Notes: generated by a model from the sequence alone, not told the origin. A DNA stretch of 54,286 bases from an uncultured Verrucomicrobia subdivision 3 bacterium (GCA_903870815.1 CAIQEI010000032.1:1-54286); one strand, 5' to 3'. Positions 10,047 through 20,610 are shown, counted from the stretch's first letter. Numbers and translations: made by a program.

Positions 10047-10104
10047 GGCCTACTTTAAGAAACGGGCTTTATCGCGGCAAGCCGATTGGGTCTAATATCC
10101 GCGG

Positions 10105-10455
10105 ATGAAATTGCCGGAAAAGCTCAAATCGATCTTCCGCGCCCCGCGGCTGACCAAGGCCCGGATGATCGTGGCCATGGCCATGGCCATGGCGGCGGAC
10201 GGATTGCAACTTCTCCTCGGGCCACTCGGCTGGGTCGTCATTGACCAGGCCATTGATTGCGTGGCCATGGTTTTGATCACGTGGGTCATCGGTTTCCACA
10301 TTCTTCTTCTGCCGACATTTGTGGTGGAACTCATTCCCGTTCTGGAAGACCTGCCGACCTGGACCGCCTGCACGGCGGCGGTCATCGCCCTCCGCAAACG
10401 CGAGCAGCGAATTCAACCACCGCCGCCGCCGTCCAAGCCAGCCATTGATGTTTGA
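10105..10455 (+). CDS. Hypothetical membrane protein with Pro-rich tail
   Basis: 116-aa hydrophobic ORF with ELIPVLEDLPTWT motif, divergent from serS. Confidence 0.7.
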   Translation: MKLPEKLKSIFRAPRLTKARMIVAMAMAMAADGLQLLLGPLGWVVIDQAIDCVAMVLITWVIGFHILLLPTFVVELIPVLEDLPTWTACTAAVIALRKREQRIQPPPPPSKPAIDV

Positions 10456-10582
10456 TTTTAGCAGAAATCCAGAGCGTTGATCATTAAAACCGTCCAATTG
10501 GAATGCGCCCGACTCCACCGGCAGATTGATCCGCGCAAATCTGATTGAAATGCCGCCCTGCACGCGGCACATTGTTCTGGCT

Positions 10583-11134
10583 ATGCAATCTGTTTTTACC
10601 GGCCCGGTTTATGTCGTGCGCGACAACATTGACACCGACCAGATCATCTCCGCGCAATTCCTGAACCTCGTGCCCACCATCCCCGAGGAATACGAGAAGC
10701 TCGGCAGCTACGCCCTCGACGGTTTGCCCAAATCCCTGTATCCCGTCCGCTACGTCAAGGAAGGCCAGCTCGACAGCGATTATCCCATCGTCGTCGGCGG
10801 GAAGAATTTCGGCTGCGGCAGCTCGCGCGAACACGCACCCATCGCCATGGGCTCAGCCAACTGCGAGCTCGTGCTCGCAGAAAGCTTCGCCCGCATCTTC
10901 TTCCGCAACTGCGTCGCCACCGGCGAACTCTATCCGTGCGAAATCACAGAGCGCCTCTGCGACGTCCTAAAGACCGGCGACATCGTGACCGTGGATCTCG
11001 ACGCCGCGACGGTCACCGCGAAGGCCACGGGCAAGGTTTATCATTTCAAGCCGCTCGGCGACGTGCGCCCGGTGGTGGATGCCGGCGGCATTTTCAATTA
11101 CGCCCGCCAGAGCGGAATGATCGCGGCGAAGTAA
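10583..11134 (+). CDS. leuD: 3-isopropylmalate dehydratase small subunit (aconitase swivel domain)
   Basis: [37 protein letters not shown]. Start placed at ATG 10583. Confidence 0.9.
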   Translation: MQSVFTGPVYVVRDNIDTDQIISAQFLNLVPTIPEEYEKLGSYALDGLPKSLYPVRYVKEGQLDSDYPIVVGGKNFGCGSSREHAPIAMGSANCELVLAESFARIFFRNCVATGELYPCEITERLCDVLKTGDIVTVDLDAATVTAKATGKVYHFKPLGDVRPVVDAGGIFNYARQSGMIAAK

Positions 11135-11219
11135 ACCTTCCGCCACTTTGGGGCTGCGCCTTGGCCTAGTCTGGTGCGGGATTGGTACCGACGGACAGTG
11201 CAGGCTAGCGGAATTGATT

Positions 11220-12053
11220 ATGGGCGAAATAAAAATACCGGGCATCATCCATCAAGAACCATTATTGGTGGCCGCCGGCGTATCCAAACTTTCCAAGGTT
11301 GAGTTTGCCAGGATTCCCGGATCGGCGCTGCTGAAAGAACCGCAGAATTTCTGGGATGAGAACTTTATTGCGAATGAAGCCCGCATGCTGGCGGGCGCCA
11401 CGCATCCCCGGATCCGGCAAATAATGGCTTATGACGCCGCTTCGCATCATCTCTTTCTGAGATATATCGAGGCCTTGACTCTGAATGAGTTGGTGCTGGC
11501 GGGGGTCACCCGAAAGGAACCCGGCCGAACCCTTAAAATCCTGCAATGCGTGGCGGAGACGGTGGCGGATATTCACGCCGGCATCCTTTGCGAGCAGCCA
11601 ATCGTCCATAATGACTTGAAGAGCATGAACGTGCTGGTGCCCGCTGCCCGGCCGGCGGAAGCGATCCTGATCGATTTTTCACACTCTTATTTTTCCGGTC
11701 AACTGCCGCCCTTCATTGCGGACAAGAACCAAAACCCGGTCGGCACGGCCAAATATATGTCGCCCGAAAAATGGGCGGGCGATTACACGAATGGTTTCAA
11801 AAGCGATGTCTTCGCCTTCGGTGTCATGGCCTATTATGCTCACACCGGCCGGCATCCCTTTGACGGCGACAACGCCCGGCTCGAACAACAAATTCGGGAA
11901 GTGACGCCGCCCTCGCCGATTCAGGCGGGATTCGATGTCCCCCGCATCATCTCCGCCGCCATCATGGCGTGCCTGGAGAAAAAACCGGAAAAACGGCCCG
12001 CCATGGAAAACGTCGCCTGGTCATACGCGGAAGCCGCCAGCCTGGGTTCATAG
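11220..12053 (+). CDS. Stand-alone Hanks-type Ser/Thr protein kinase
   Basis: HNDLKSMN catalytic loop, DFS (DFG position), GTAKYMSPE, SDVFAFG, CLEKKPEKRP. Start placed at ATG 11220. Confidence 0.88.
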   Translation: MGEIKIPGIIHQEPLLVAAGVSKLSKVEFARIPGSALLKEPQNFWDENFIANEARMLAGATHPRIRQIMAYDAASHHLFLRYIEALTLNELVLAGVTRKEPGRTLKILQCVAETVADIHAGILCEQPIVHNDLKSMNVLVPAARPAEAILIDFSHSYFSGQLPPFIADKNQNPVGTAKYMSPEKWAGDYTNGFKSDVFAFGVMAYYAHTGRHPFDGDNARLEQQIREVTPPSPIQAGFDVPRIISAAIMACLEKKPEKRPAMENVAWSYAEAASLGS

Positions 12054-12085
12054 GGAAATACGCTGCCGTCTTCGCCTTGCCTGGA

Positions 12086-12391
12086 CTAATCCGCCGCCGG
12101 ATTGGCGGCCGCAACCGTCGCCAGCTTGGGGCGATGCAGCACCATCACGTTGCCAACGCGCATGATTAAATGGCTGGCCGTTTTCTCCGCCAGCAGGGGC
12201 GCGAGGGTTTTCTTCTCCTCCTTGAATTCGGCGAACTTGATTTTTACCAGTTCGTGCCGGTCCAGTTCGTCGGCAACCGTGCGGACAAAGCCGTCGCTCA
12301 GACCGGCCTTGCCGACTTTGAGACTGGGTTCCATCAGCTGCGCCGCCGCTTTGAATTTGCGGATTTGCGGATTGGTCAGGGGTTCAAGCAT
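12086..12391 (-). CDS. yhbY: YhbY/CRM-domain RNA-binding protein
   Basis: LKVGKAGLSD, ELDRHELVKIK, RVGNVMVLHR. Start placed at ATG 12391. Confidence 0.9.
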   Translation of the reverse strand: MLEPLTNPQIRKFKAAAQLMEPSLKVGKAGLSDGFVRTVADELDRHELVKIKFAEFKEEKKTLAPLLAEKTASHLIMRVGNVMVLHRPKLATVAAANPAAD

Positions 12392-12443
12392 GCGTGCCCA
12401 GTCTAAATTCTCCCCGCCAAAACGCCAGCACAACGGCGGTCAA

Positions 12444-13019
12444 TCAGCCGTTGCTCCACGCGGCCAGTTCCTCGCGGAGTTGCTCCACGGGCAGGCCCAC
12501 GACGTTGCTGTAGGAGCCGGAGATTTCGGAGATGATGAATTCGCCGCGATCCTGAATCGCGTAGGCACCCGCCTTGTCCAGCGGCTGGATGTGCGCCAGA
12601 TAGTCGCGGATCTGAGGCGCAGTTAGCGGATGAAACAACACGTCGGTGCTAGCCGCAAAAATCCGCTCGCGATGGCGGCGAAGATGGATCAGGCAGACAC
12701 CGGTCACGACCTGATGATGGCGGCCCTGCAGCCGCGCCAGCATCCGGCGCGCTTCGGCGAGGTTGCGCGGTTTGCCGAGGATTTCATTGTCGAGAAACAC
12801 CAGCGTGTCCGCGCCGACCACGAGCGCGTCGGGAATTTTCTTGGCGACCGCCCGGGCCTTGCGATGGGCGTTGAGCTGGCAGATTTCCAGCGGTGAAAGG
12901 TGTTCGTGGGCGACTTCGGGCGCGTCCGCGGGCAGTACCTGGAACTTCACCGGCAGCAGCTTCAACAGCGCCGCGCGGCGGGGTGAGGCCGATGCCAGAA
13001 TGAGCGGCGGCAATTTCAC
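12444..13019 (-). CDS. maf: Maf-family nucleoside triphosphate pyrophosphatase
   Basis: LILASASPRR, GADTLV, ILGKP, DKAGAYAIQ, NVVGLP. Confidence 0.96.
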   Translation of the reverse strand: MKLPPLILASASPRRAALLKLLPVKFQVLPADAPEVAHEHLSPLEICQLNAHRKARAVAKKIPDALVVGADTLVFLDNEILGKPRNLAEARRMLARLQGRHHQVVTGVCLIHLRRHRERIFAASTDVLFHPLTAPQIRDYLAHIQPLDKAGAYAIQDRGEFIISEISGSYSNVVGLPVEQLREELAAWSNG

Positions 13020-13104
13020 GTTGTCATTCTAGCGGAATGCGCCGGTTTGTCGAGCGCGGGAAAATGGGCGTGCGTTGGCCGCTCTTTTCGGCTAATTCAT
13101 CGCC

Positions 13105-13644
13105 ATGGAAATTCACCGGCGACCGGTCAATCTTGCGCTCATCGGCTTCATGGGCACGGGCAAAACCTCCGTGGGCCGGCACGCCGCCGAACTGCTCGGC
13201 TTCGAATTTCTGGACACCGACGAACTCATCCAGGCGCGCACCGGCCGCACCATTGGGGACATTTTTGCCAAGGATGGCGAACCCGCGTTCCGGGCGCTGG
13301 AGCGGCAGGTGGTCCAGGAGCTTTCCGCGCGTGAAAAGACGATGATCGCCACCGGCGGTGGGCTGCCGACGCACCCGGAAAATCTCGCGGCCTTGAAATC
13401 CTTCGCCCTCGTCATCTGCCTCTGGGCGTCGCCGGAAAAAATCTGGGAGCGCGTCCGCAACCAGTCCCACCGTCCCCTGCTCCACGATGCCGACCCACAG
13501 AAAAAAATCCGCGAGTTGCTGGCCGCGCGCGAACCGTTTTACAAGCAGGCGGATGTGTTGATCAACACCGATCTCCGCTCCGTCCGCGAGGCCGCGCAGC
13601 AGGTGGTTTTGCAGTTCAAGCTCGCCACCCGTCACCGACGATGA
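13105..13644 (+). CDS. aroK: Shikimate kinase
   Basis: GFMGTGKTSVG, GEPAFRALE, ATGGG, RPLL. Confidence 0.96.
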   Translation: MEIHRRPVNLALIGFMGTGKTSVGRHAAELLGFEFLDTDELIQARTGRTIGDIFAKDGEPAFRALERQVVQELSAREKTMIATGGGLPTHPENLAALKSFALVICLWASPEKIWERVRNQSHRPLLHDADPQKKIRELLAAREPFYKQADVLINTDLRSVREAAQQVVLQFKLATRHRR

Positions 13645-14663
13645 AAGCCGCCCTCCGTCAGCGCGCGGCGGAGCTGGGCTTTGACGACTGCCGCTTCACC
13701 ACCGCCGCCCCGCCCGCAAGCGCGGAAAAGTTCTCCGGCTGGCTGGCCGAAAAACACCACGGGGAAATGAACTGGCTGGAGCGCAACGCCGATAAGCGGA
13801 TGGACCCACAAAAAGTTCTACCCGGCGCCAATAGCGTCATTGCACTGGCGGTCAGTTATCAAACCGAAAACCCATCTGCTATCTGCCATCTGCCATCTGC
13901 CGGCATCATCGCCCGCTACGCCCGTTATACCGATTATCACGACGTGCTCGGCGAGCGGCTGAAAAAGCTCACGCAATTTGTGAATGAACTGGGCGGTGCA
14001 GAGACGAGATCGCTCTGGTATGTGGATACCGGGCCGGTGCTGGAACGCGACTTCTCCCAGCGCGCCGGTCTGGGCTTCGTAGGCAAGCATACCAACGTCA
14101 TCAGCCGCCGGCTGGGCAACTGGATTTTTCTCGCCGAAATACTGACCACGCTCGAACTCGAACCGGACGCGCCGGAGAAAAATCATTGCGGCAGTTGTGC
14201 CCGCTGCCTTACCGCCTGCCCCACGCAGGCCATCACCGCGCCCTTCCAACTGGATGCGCGCAAGTGCATTTCCTACCTCACCATTGAATTGAAAGGATCC
14301 ATCCCGGTTGAATTTCGGCCGGCCATCGGCAACCGCATCTACGGCTGCGATGACTGCCTGGCGGTTTGCCCTTGGAACCGGTTCGCCCGCGAAGGAAATT
14401 TGATGAAGCCGCACGGGCGCGCGGATTTGGCTGCCCCAGACCTGATTGATTTGTTGCAACTGGACGACGCCGGGTTCAAGGCACGCTTTGCCGGCACGCC
14501 GATGCTGCGGACGAAACGTCGCGGCCTGTTGCGCAACGTCTGCGTGGCCCTTGGCAACGTCGGTGATGCCACCGCCCTGCCCGCCTTGGAAAAAGCCGCA
14601 CGCGACCCCGAGCCGCTGATCGCCGAACACGCGCGCTGGGCCATCGGGCAAATTCGGCTCTGA
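13641..14663 (+). CDS. queG: Epoxyqueuosine reductase QueG
   Basis: ARYA...DYH, VDTGPVLER, CGSCARCLTACPT, CISYLTIE, GCDDCLAVCPWN, C-terminal HEAT repeat. ATGA overlap with aroK. Confidence 0.96.
   Translation: MKAALRQRAAELGFDDCRFTTAAPPASAEKFSGWLAEKHHGEMNWLERNADKRMDPQKVLPGANSVIALAVSYQTENPSAICHLPSAGIIARYARYTDYHDVLGERLKKLTQFVNELGGAETRSLWYVDTGPVLERDFSQRAGLGFVGKHTNVISRRLGNWIFLAEILTTLELEPDAPEKNHCGSCARCLTACPTQAITAPFQLDARKCISYLTIELKGSIPVEFRPAIGNRIYGCDDCLAVCPWNRFAREGNLMKPHGRADLAAPDLIDLLQLDDAGFKARFAGTPMLRTKRRGLLRNVCVALGNVGDATALPALEKAARDPEPLIAEHARWAIGQIRL
13872..13899 (+). repeat. Four tandem heptamers (CCATCTG) inside queG
   Basis: CCATCTG-CTATCTG-CCATCTG-CCATCTG, translated in frame as PSAICHLPSA. 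Confidence 0.8.
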
Positions 14664-14755
14664 AACATCACTCGAATTCCTGGCATTTTGTTGGATAAAG
14701 CAGCGATAATTTACTGGCAAAGACTTGGGGCAGTTGATTAATATTCCCTTGTCAG

Positions 14756-15907
14756 ATGGAATTTAAAAACCCTATTTGCTTCATGCGCAGGAACATTTTA
14801 TTCACGGCGGCGATTCCGGTCTTTTCCCTGGTCTTGCTGGCTCCGCTTTCCGGCTGCAAAAAGGCGGAGGCACCGGTCGCCGGGCCGCCCACTGTGCAGG
14901 TCACTCCGATTGTGCAACAGGATGTGCCGATTTATGGCGAGTCGGTCGGCACGTTGCAGGCGGATGTGAACGCGACGATTTCCGCGCAGGTGAGCGGTTA
15001 TCTGGTCAGCCGCAATTATGTGGAAGGCAGTTCGGTGACGAACGGTCAGGTGCTGTTCCAGATTGATGACCGCACCTACAAGGCGGCGCTGGATCAGGCG
15101 GAGGCCAAGGTTGCCAAGACCTCGATGGACGTCGAACGTTACACGCCGCTGGCCAAGACGCAGGCCATCAGCCAGCAGGAACTCGACGACGCTATCCAGT
15201 CCAACGCTGCCGCCATGGCAGCCGCCGAAGCGGCGCGGCTCAATTATCAATTCTGCCAAATCCTTTCGCCGGTGGATGGCGTGGCTGGCCTGGCGCAGGC
15301 GCAGGTCGGCAATCTGGTCGGGCCCGGTTCCGGCGCGCTGACCACGGTGCAATCGGTGGATCCCATCCGGGTCTATTTTTCCGTGTCCCAGCAACTGATG
15401 TCACAGCTCATGGAGCAGCGTATCGCGGCGGGCGGGAGAATTAATTCGCCCAGCGGAGCCGCGCTGGAGCTAACCCTGGCGTCCGGCACGGTTTATCCCC
15501 GTCAGGGAAAAGTTCGTTTTGCGGATAATCAAGTGGACGTGAAAACCGGCACCATCCGCGTGGTCGGCGAATTTGAAAATCCCGACCGGCTGCTCGTGCC
15601 CGGCATGTTCGTGCGCGTGCGCGCGCTGGTGGGCGTCGAAAAAAACGCCCTGCTCGTGCCGCAGCGCGCCGTGGCGGACCTGCAGGGCCGCAATCTCGTC
15701 GCCATCGTCGGCGCGGACAACAAGGTCAGCATCCGGCCGGTGATTACGGGCGCACGCGTGGGTGAGTTGTGGGTCGTCACCGGGAACGTGCGCGCCGGTG
15801 ACCAGGTGGTGGCCGAGGGCATCCAGAAATTGCGCGAAGGCGTGGAAGTTCACCCGACTCCCTATGAGGCCGCCGGTGGCGCGAACGGGTCCACCGCCGC
15901 CGAATGA
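14756..15907 (+). CDS. RND efflux periplasmic adaptor (MFP), lipoprotein
   Basis: Lipobox LSGC, ISAQVSGYL, LFQID, SPVDG, LVPGMFVRV. Start could be ATG 14783. Confidence 0.94.
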   Translation: MEFKNPICFMRRNILFTAAIPVFSLVLLAPLSGCKKAEAPVAGPPTVQVTPIVQQDVPIYGESVGTLQADVNATISAQVSGYLVSRNYVEGSSVTNGQVLFQIDDRTYKAALDQAEAKVAKTSMDVERYTPLAKTQAISQQELDDAIQSNAAAMAAAEAARLNYQFCQILSPVDGVAGLAQAQVGNLVGPGSGALTTVQSVDPIRVYFSVSQQLMSQLMEQRIAAGGRINSPSGAALELTLASGTVYPRQGKVRFADNQVDVKTGTIRVVGEFENPDRLLVPGMFVRVRALVGVEKNALLVPQRAVADLQGRNLVAIVGADNKVSIRPVITGARVGELWVVTGNVRAGDQVVAEGIQKLREGVEVHPTPYEAAGGANGSTAAE

Positions 15908-15930
15908 GCCGTCACCACGGTTTTTAAGTC

Positions 15931-18900
15931 ATGTCGAAATTTTTCATCAACCGGCCCATCGTCGCGATGGTGATTTCCATTTTGATGGTGATCATCGGCC
16001 TGGTGGCGATGTCCGGTTTACCCATCGCGCAATTTCCCAATATCGCCGATCCGCAGGTGCAGGTGAAGGCGACGTATCCCGGCGCCGACGCGCGCACCGT
16101 GGACCAGTCCGTCGCGACGCCCATCGAGCAGCAGATGTCCGGCGTGGACAACATGGAATACATGTATTCGCTCAACGCGAATAACGGCCAGTCCACGTTG
16201 ACGGTGGATTTCAACATCAAGACCGATCCCAACACCGACCAGATTCTGGCGCAGATGCGGTCCAGCCAGGCGAACTCGCAATTGCCCAGCGCCGTGATCA
16301 ACCAGGGCGTCACCGTGCAGAAATCCACCGCCGCGCCGCTGATCATGTTCGCGCTCTACTCGCCGGGCAACACCTACGACGGCGTCTTTCTCGCCAACTA
16401 CGCGGTCATCAACATCAACGACCAGATGACGCGCGTGCCGGGCATCGCCAGCGTGTCGGTTTTCGGCGCTGGCAACTATGCCATCCGCCTGTGGATTCGC
16501 CCGGACCGCCTCGCCCAAATGGGCGTGACCGTGCCCGAAATCATCAACGCCATCCAGGCGCAGAACACGGTGAATCCGGCCGGCCAGATCGGCGGCGAAC
16601 CGGTGCCGCCCGGACAGTCGTTCACCTATGCAGTGCGTTCGCAAGGGCGCTTGGAGACGCCGGAGCAATTTGGCGACATCGTGCTGCGCGCGGCGCCCGG
16701 CGGCTCGATTTTGCGGGTGAAAGATGTCGCGCGCATCGAGCTGGGCGCGCAAAATTATAACATGAAGGCGCGGCTGAACGGCCGGCCTTCCGCGCTCATC
16801 GCCCTCTATCAGCTGCCCGATTCCAACGCCGTGGACGCCGCCAACAAGGCCAAGGCGCTCATGGCGAAGTTGAAGGCGGATTTCCCGCCGGACATGGATT
16901 ACGTCGTGGCGCTCGACACGACCCTCGCCGTGACGGCGGGTATGAAGGAAATTGAGCACACGCTCGTCGAGGCCATCATCCTCGTCATCATCGTCGTCTT
17001 CATTTTCCTGCAAGGCTGGCGCGCGACGTTGATTCCGCTGCTGGCGGTGCCCGTGTCTCTCGTCGGCACGTTCGCGCTGTTTCCGTTGTTCGGGTTTTCC
17101 ATCAACACGCTGTCGCTCTTCGGTCTCGTCCTGGCCATCGGCTTGGTCGTGGACGACGCCATTGTCGTCGTCGAAGCCGTGGAACATCACATCGAAAAAG
17201 GCCTGTCGCCCAGGGATGCGGCGTTAAAGGCGATGTTCGAGGTCTCCGGCCCGGTCATGGCCATCGCCATCATTCTCGCCGCGGTGTTCGTGCCGACGGC
17301 GTTCATTCCCGGCATCACGGGCCGGCTCTATCAGCAATTCGCGGTCACCATTGCGGTATCGGTGGTCATCTCGGCCTTCAATGCGCTGACGCTCTCGCCG
17401 GCGCTGGCGGCGCTGCTGCTCCGCCCCAAAGTTCGCGGCACCGGCCCGGTGCAAAAGTTTTACGACTGGTTCAATAAATGGTTTGGCCGCGCCACGGATG
17501 GTTATGTCGGCATCTGCCGCGTACTCATCCGGAAAAGTTCCGTGTCGCTCCTGATTTTGCTTGGCATGACGGTGCTGGCCGGCCTGTTTGGCAAATGGAT
17601 TCCGACCAGTTTCCTGCCCAATGAAGATCAGGGCTACATTTATGCCGGCGTCCAATTGCCGGATGCCGCGTCCGCCCAGCGCACAGACGCCGTGATGCGG
17701 CAGGCGGAGGACATCCTGAAAAACACCCCGGGCGTGAAATATTATTCCTCGGTGATCGGCTACAGCATGTTGAGCGGCGTGCAGAACACCTACAGCGGCT
17801 TTTTTTTCATCACTCTCGAAGACTGGGACAAGCGCACCGCCCCGGCGGAGAAATTGCGGGCCATCATGATGCGCCTCAACCGGGAGATGGCCCAAATCCC
17901 CGGCGCCGTCGGCTTTGCCTTTTTGCCGCCGGCCATTCCCGGGGTCGGCACCTCGGGCGGGGCGACTTTTATCTTGGAAGATCGCGTCGGTAAAGGCGGG
18001 TCATTTCTGGCCGACAACCTGCAAAAATTCCTCGCGGCCGCGCGCCGGCGGCCGGAGTTGACGGGCATTTTCACCACCGCCCTGCCCTCCGTGCCGCAGG
18101 TTTATGTGGATGTGGACCGCGACCAGGTGCTCCAGCAGGGCGTGAAATTGCAGGACGTTTACCAGACCATGCAATGTTTCATGGGCGGCGCCTTCGTGAA
18201 TTATTTCAACCGGTTCGGCCGCCAGTGGCAGGTGTATGTGCAGGCCGAGGGCGACTACCGCAATAACGCCCAGAATCTCGGCCAGTTTTATGTGCTGAAC
18301 AACACCAACCAGATGGTCCCCCTAGGCGCGGTCACGCGCGTGCGCTCGACCACGGGACCGGAATTCACCATGCGCTACAATCTGCACGAAGCCGCGCAGA
18401 TCAACGCCTCGGCCAAGCCCGGGTACAGCTCCGCGCAGGCGATGAAGGCGCTGGAGGAAGTCTTCACCGAAACCATGCCGCCGGGCATGGGCTACGATTA
18501 CCTCGGCATGAGCTACCAGGAAAAGAAGGCGCAGCAGGGCGTCTCGCCGATGGTTATTTTCGGCTTCTCGCTCTTGTGCGTGTTCCTGATTCTGGCGGCG
18601 CAATACGAAAGCTGGACCCTGCCGTTCAGTGTGCTGCTCGGCACCCCCATCGCCGTCTTCGGCGCCTTTGCCGCGCTGCTGGTCGCGCATTTTGAAAACA
18701 ATGTCTATGCCCAGATCGGGCTGGTGATGCTCATCGGGCTCTCGGCCAAGAACGCCATTCTCATCGTCGAATTCGCCAAGATGAGCTACGAGCAGGGCCA
18801 GCCGCTGATGGAAGCCGCGCTGGCCGGCGCCAAACTGCGCCTGCGGCCGATTTTGATGACCAGTTTTGCGTTCATCCTCGGCTGCGTGCCGCTGGCGCGC

Positions 18901-19101
18901 GCGAGCGGTGCGGGGGCGATGTCGCGCCGGGTCATGGGCTTTGCGGTGATCGGCGGCATGGCGGCGGCGAGTTTTATTGCCATCTTTCTGATTCCGGTCA
19001 CGTTTTATGTCGTTGAGAAAATCGGCGGCAAAAAACCCGCGCCGGCGGCCCCGCCCGAAACAAAGCCCGCCGCCGGTACGGCGCCGTCGGAAAACCACTG
19101 A
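15931..19101 (+). CDS. RND efflux permease, HAE1/AcrB family
   Basis: MSKFFINRPI, VVDDAIVVVE, SAKNAILIVE, RLRPILMTS; 1056 aa. Confidence 0.97.
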   Translation: MSKFFINRPIVAMVISILMVIIGLVAMSGLPIAQFPNIADPQVQVKATYPGADARTVDQSVATPIEQQMSGVDNMEYMYSLNANNGQSTLTVDFNIKTDPNTDQILAQMRSSQANSQLPSAVINQGVTVQKSTAAPLIMFALYSPGNTYDGVFLANYAVININDQMTRVPGIASVSVFGAGNYAIRLWIRPDRLAQMGVTVPEIINAIQAQNTVNPAGQIGGEPVPPGQSFTYAVRSQGRLETPEQFGDIVLRAAPGGSILRVKDVARIELGAQNYNMKARLNGRPSALIALYQLPDSNAVDAANKAKALMAKLKADFPPDMDYVVALDTTLAVTAGMKEIEHTLVEAIILVIIVVFIFLQGWRATLIPLLAVPVSLVGTFALFPLFGFSINTLSLFGLVLAIGLVVDDAIVVVEAVEHHIEKGLSPRDAALKAMFEVSGPVMAIAIILAAVFVPTAFIPGITGRLYQQFAVTIAVSVVISAFNALTLSPALAALLLRPKVRGTGPVQKFYDWFNKWFGRATDGYVGICRVLIRKSSVSLLILLGMTVLAGLFGKWIPTSFLPNEDQGYIYAGVQLPDAASAQRTDAVMRQAEDILKNTPGVKYYSSVIGYSMLSGVQNTYSGFFFITLEDWDKRTAPAEKLRAIMMRLNREMAQIPGAVGFAFLPPAIPGVGTSGGATFILEDRVGKGGSFLADNLQKFLAAARRRPELTGIFTTALPSVPQVYVDVDRDQVLQQGVKLQDVYQTMQCFMGGAFVNYFNRFGRQWQVYVQAEGDYRNNAQNLGQFYVLNNTNQMVPLGAVTRVRSTTGPEFTMRYNLHEAAQINASAKPGYSSAQAMKALEEVFTETMPPGMGYDYLGMSYQEKKAQQGVSPMVIFGFSLLCVFLILAAQYESWTLPFSVLLGTPIAVFGAFAALLVAHFENNVYAQIGLVMLIGLSAKNAILIVEFAKMSYEQGQPLMEAALAGAKLRLRPILMTSFAFILGCVPLARASGAGAMSRRVMGFAVIGGMAAASFIAIFLIPVTFYVVEKIGGKKPAPAAPPETKPAAGTAPSENH

Positions 19102-19103
19102 AC

Positions 19104-20519
19104 ATGAACGCGCGTTTAATCTTTCGCCGCTGGACCTGGATGCTGGCGCTGCCGCTGGTCGTCGCCGGCTGCGCCGTGGGGCCGAATTATCAGCGCCCCG
19201 CCGTGATGACGCCGGCGACCTTTCGTTTCGCGGACGGATCGGCCACCAATTCCTTCGGCGATTTATCGTGGTGGCAGGTGTTCAAAGATCCCTGCCTGCA
19301 AAATCTCATCGGCACCGCGCTCACGAACAACTACGACCTCCAGCAGGCTGTCGCGCGCGTCGAACTGGCGCGTAACCAGTCCGCCGCCGGCAACTCGGCG
19401 TTTTTCCCGCAGATCGGCTACAGCGGCGATATCGGCCGCGGCCAAAACGCGGTTTACAATACCCCAACCAGCCTGAATGGGCGCACGACCAGTTCCGCCC
19501 AGCTCACCCTGGGCGTCGCCTGGGAAATTGATTTCTGGGGCCGTATCCGCCGTTCCAGCGAGGCTTCCCGCGCGCAATTTCTCGCCACGGATGCCGCCCG
19601 CCGCGGCGTCACCATCACGCTGGTGAGCCAGGTGGCCGCGACTTATTTTCAATTGCTCGAACTTGATCAGGAACTGGCCATCCAGCGCGCCGCCACCAAC
19701 GCCTACGCCGGCAGCTACCGGATTTTCCACGACCGCCTGGTCAACGGCGTCGCCTCCAAGCTGGAGACCGATCGCGCCGCCGCCGCGCTGGCCAATGCCG
19801 CCGCCATCATCCCGCAACTGGAAATTCAGATTGCCACGGCGGAAAACCAGTTGAGCGTTTTGCTCGGTCAAAATCCCGGTCCGATCCTCCGCGGTACGCT
19901 GGCCAACCCGCCGCAACCCGCGGCCGAAATTCCCGCCGGTCTGCCCAGTGATTTGTTGCGCCGCCGGCCGGACGTGGTCGCCGCCGAGGAATCCCTGATC
20001 GCCGCCAACGCGAACATCGGCGTGAGCGTCGCAAATTTCTTCCCGCAGATCGGGCTCACCACGTTGCTCGGCCGGGCCAGCCCGGAACTCTCCCAATTCA
20101 CCGGCGGCTCGGGAAATTTGTGGGACCTCGGCGGCACGCTGTCCGGCCCCGTCTTTCAAGGCGGCAAATTGCGCGCCCAATATCGCGGGGCCCAGGCGCA
20201 GTTTGTTGAGGCTCGGGCCGCCTATCAGCAGAGCGTGCTGACGGCGTTTGCGGAAGTGGCCAACGCCCTGATCACGCGGCAGCAGCTGGCCGAGGAATTT
20301 GTCTATGACGGGCAGGCCGTGGTGGCGCTGGAATCCTCGGTGGATTTGGCCACGCAGCGTTACCTGAACGGCAAATCAAGTTACTACGAAGTCCTGCAGG
20401 CCCAGCAGGAGCTTTATCCCACCCAGCGCGCCCTGGTCCAGACCCAAGTGGGCGAATTCATCGCCGTCGTCCAGCTCTACCAAGCCCTTGGCGGCGGCTG
20501 GCAAACCGCCCCGAAATAA
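19104..20519 (+). CDS. RND outer-membrane factor lipoprotein (NodT/OprM type)
   Basis: VAGC lipobox followed by AVGPNY, WEIDFWG, LLRRRPDV, LYQALGGGW. Confidence 0.96.
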   Translation: MNARLIFRRWTWMLALPLVVAGCAVGPNYQRPAVMTPATFRFADGSATNSFGDLSWWQVFKDPCLQNLIGTALTNNYDLQQAVARVELARNQSAAGNSAFFPQIGYSGDIGRGQNAVYNTPTSLNGRTTSSAQLTLGVAWEIDFWGRIRRSSEASRAQFLATDAARRGVTITLVSQVAATYFQLLELDQELAIQRAATNAYAGSYRIFHDRLVNGVASKLETDRAAAALANAAAIIPQLEIQIATAENQLSVLLGQNPGPILRGTLANPPQPAAEIPAGLPSDLLRRRPDVVAAEESLIAANANIGVSVANFFPQIGLTTLLGRASPELSQFTGGSGNLWDLGGTLSGPVFQGGKLRAQYRGAQAQFVEARAAYQQSVLTAFAEVANALITRQQLAEEFVYDGQAVVALESSVDLATQRYLNGKSSYYEVLQAQQELYPTQRALVQTQVGEFIAVVQLYQALGGGWQTAPK

Positions 20520-20583
20520 ACCGGATTGCAAAACCTTCCACCGGCTTCACCGCACGCCTAAAGCGATTGATTTGATCTTCCAT

Positions 20584-20610
20584 CGGAGGGACGAGTTCCA
20601 CGAGTCCCCA
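20584..20610 (+). repeat. REP-like short repeat, copy 1
   Basis: CGGAGGGACGAGTTCCACGAGTCCCCA is 26/27 identical to the reverse complement of 46392-46418. Confidence 0.8.

Noticed and set aside
10173-10193. Self-complementary (GGCCAT)n run encoding AMAMAMA
   Set aside because: Short in-frame hexamer repeat within a TM segment; no evidence of function.
10583-11134. leuD without neighbouring leuC
   Set aside because: Split leuC/leuD loci are common; the partner is probably elsewhere in the genome.
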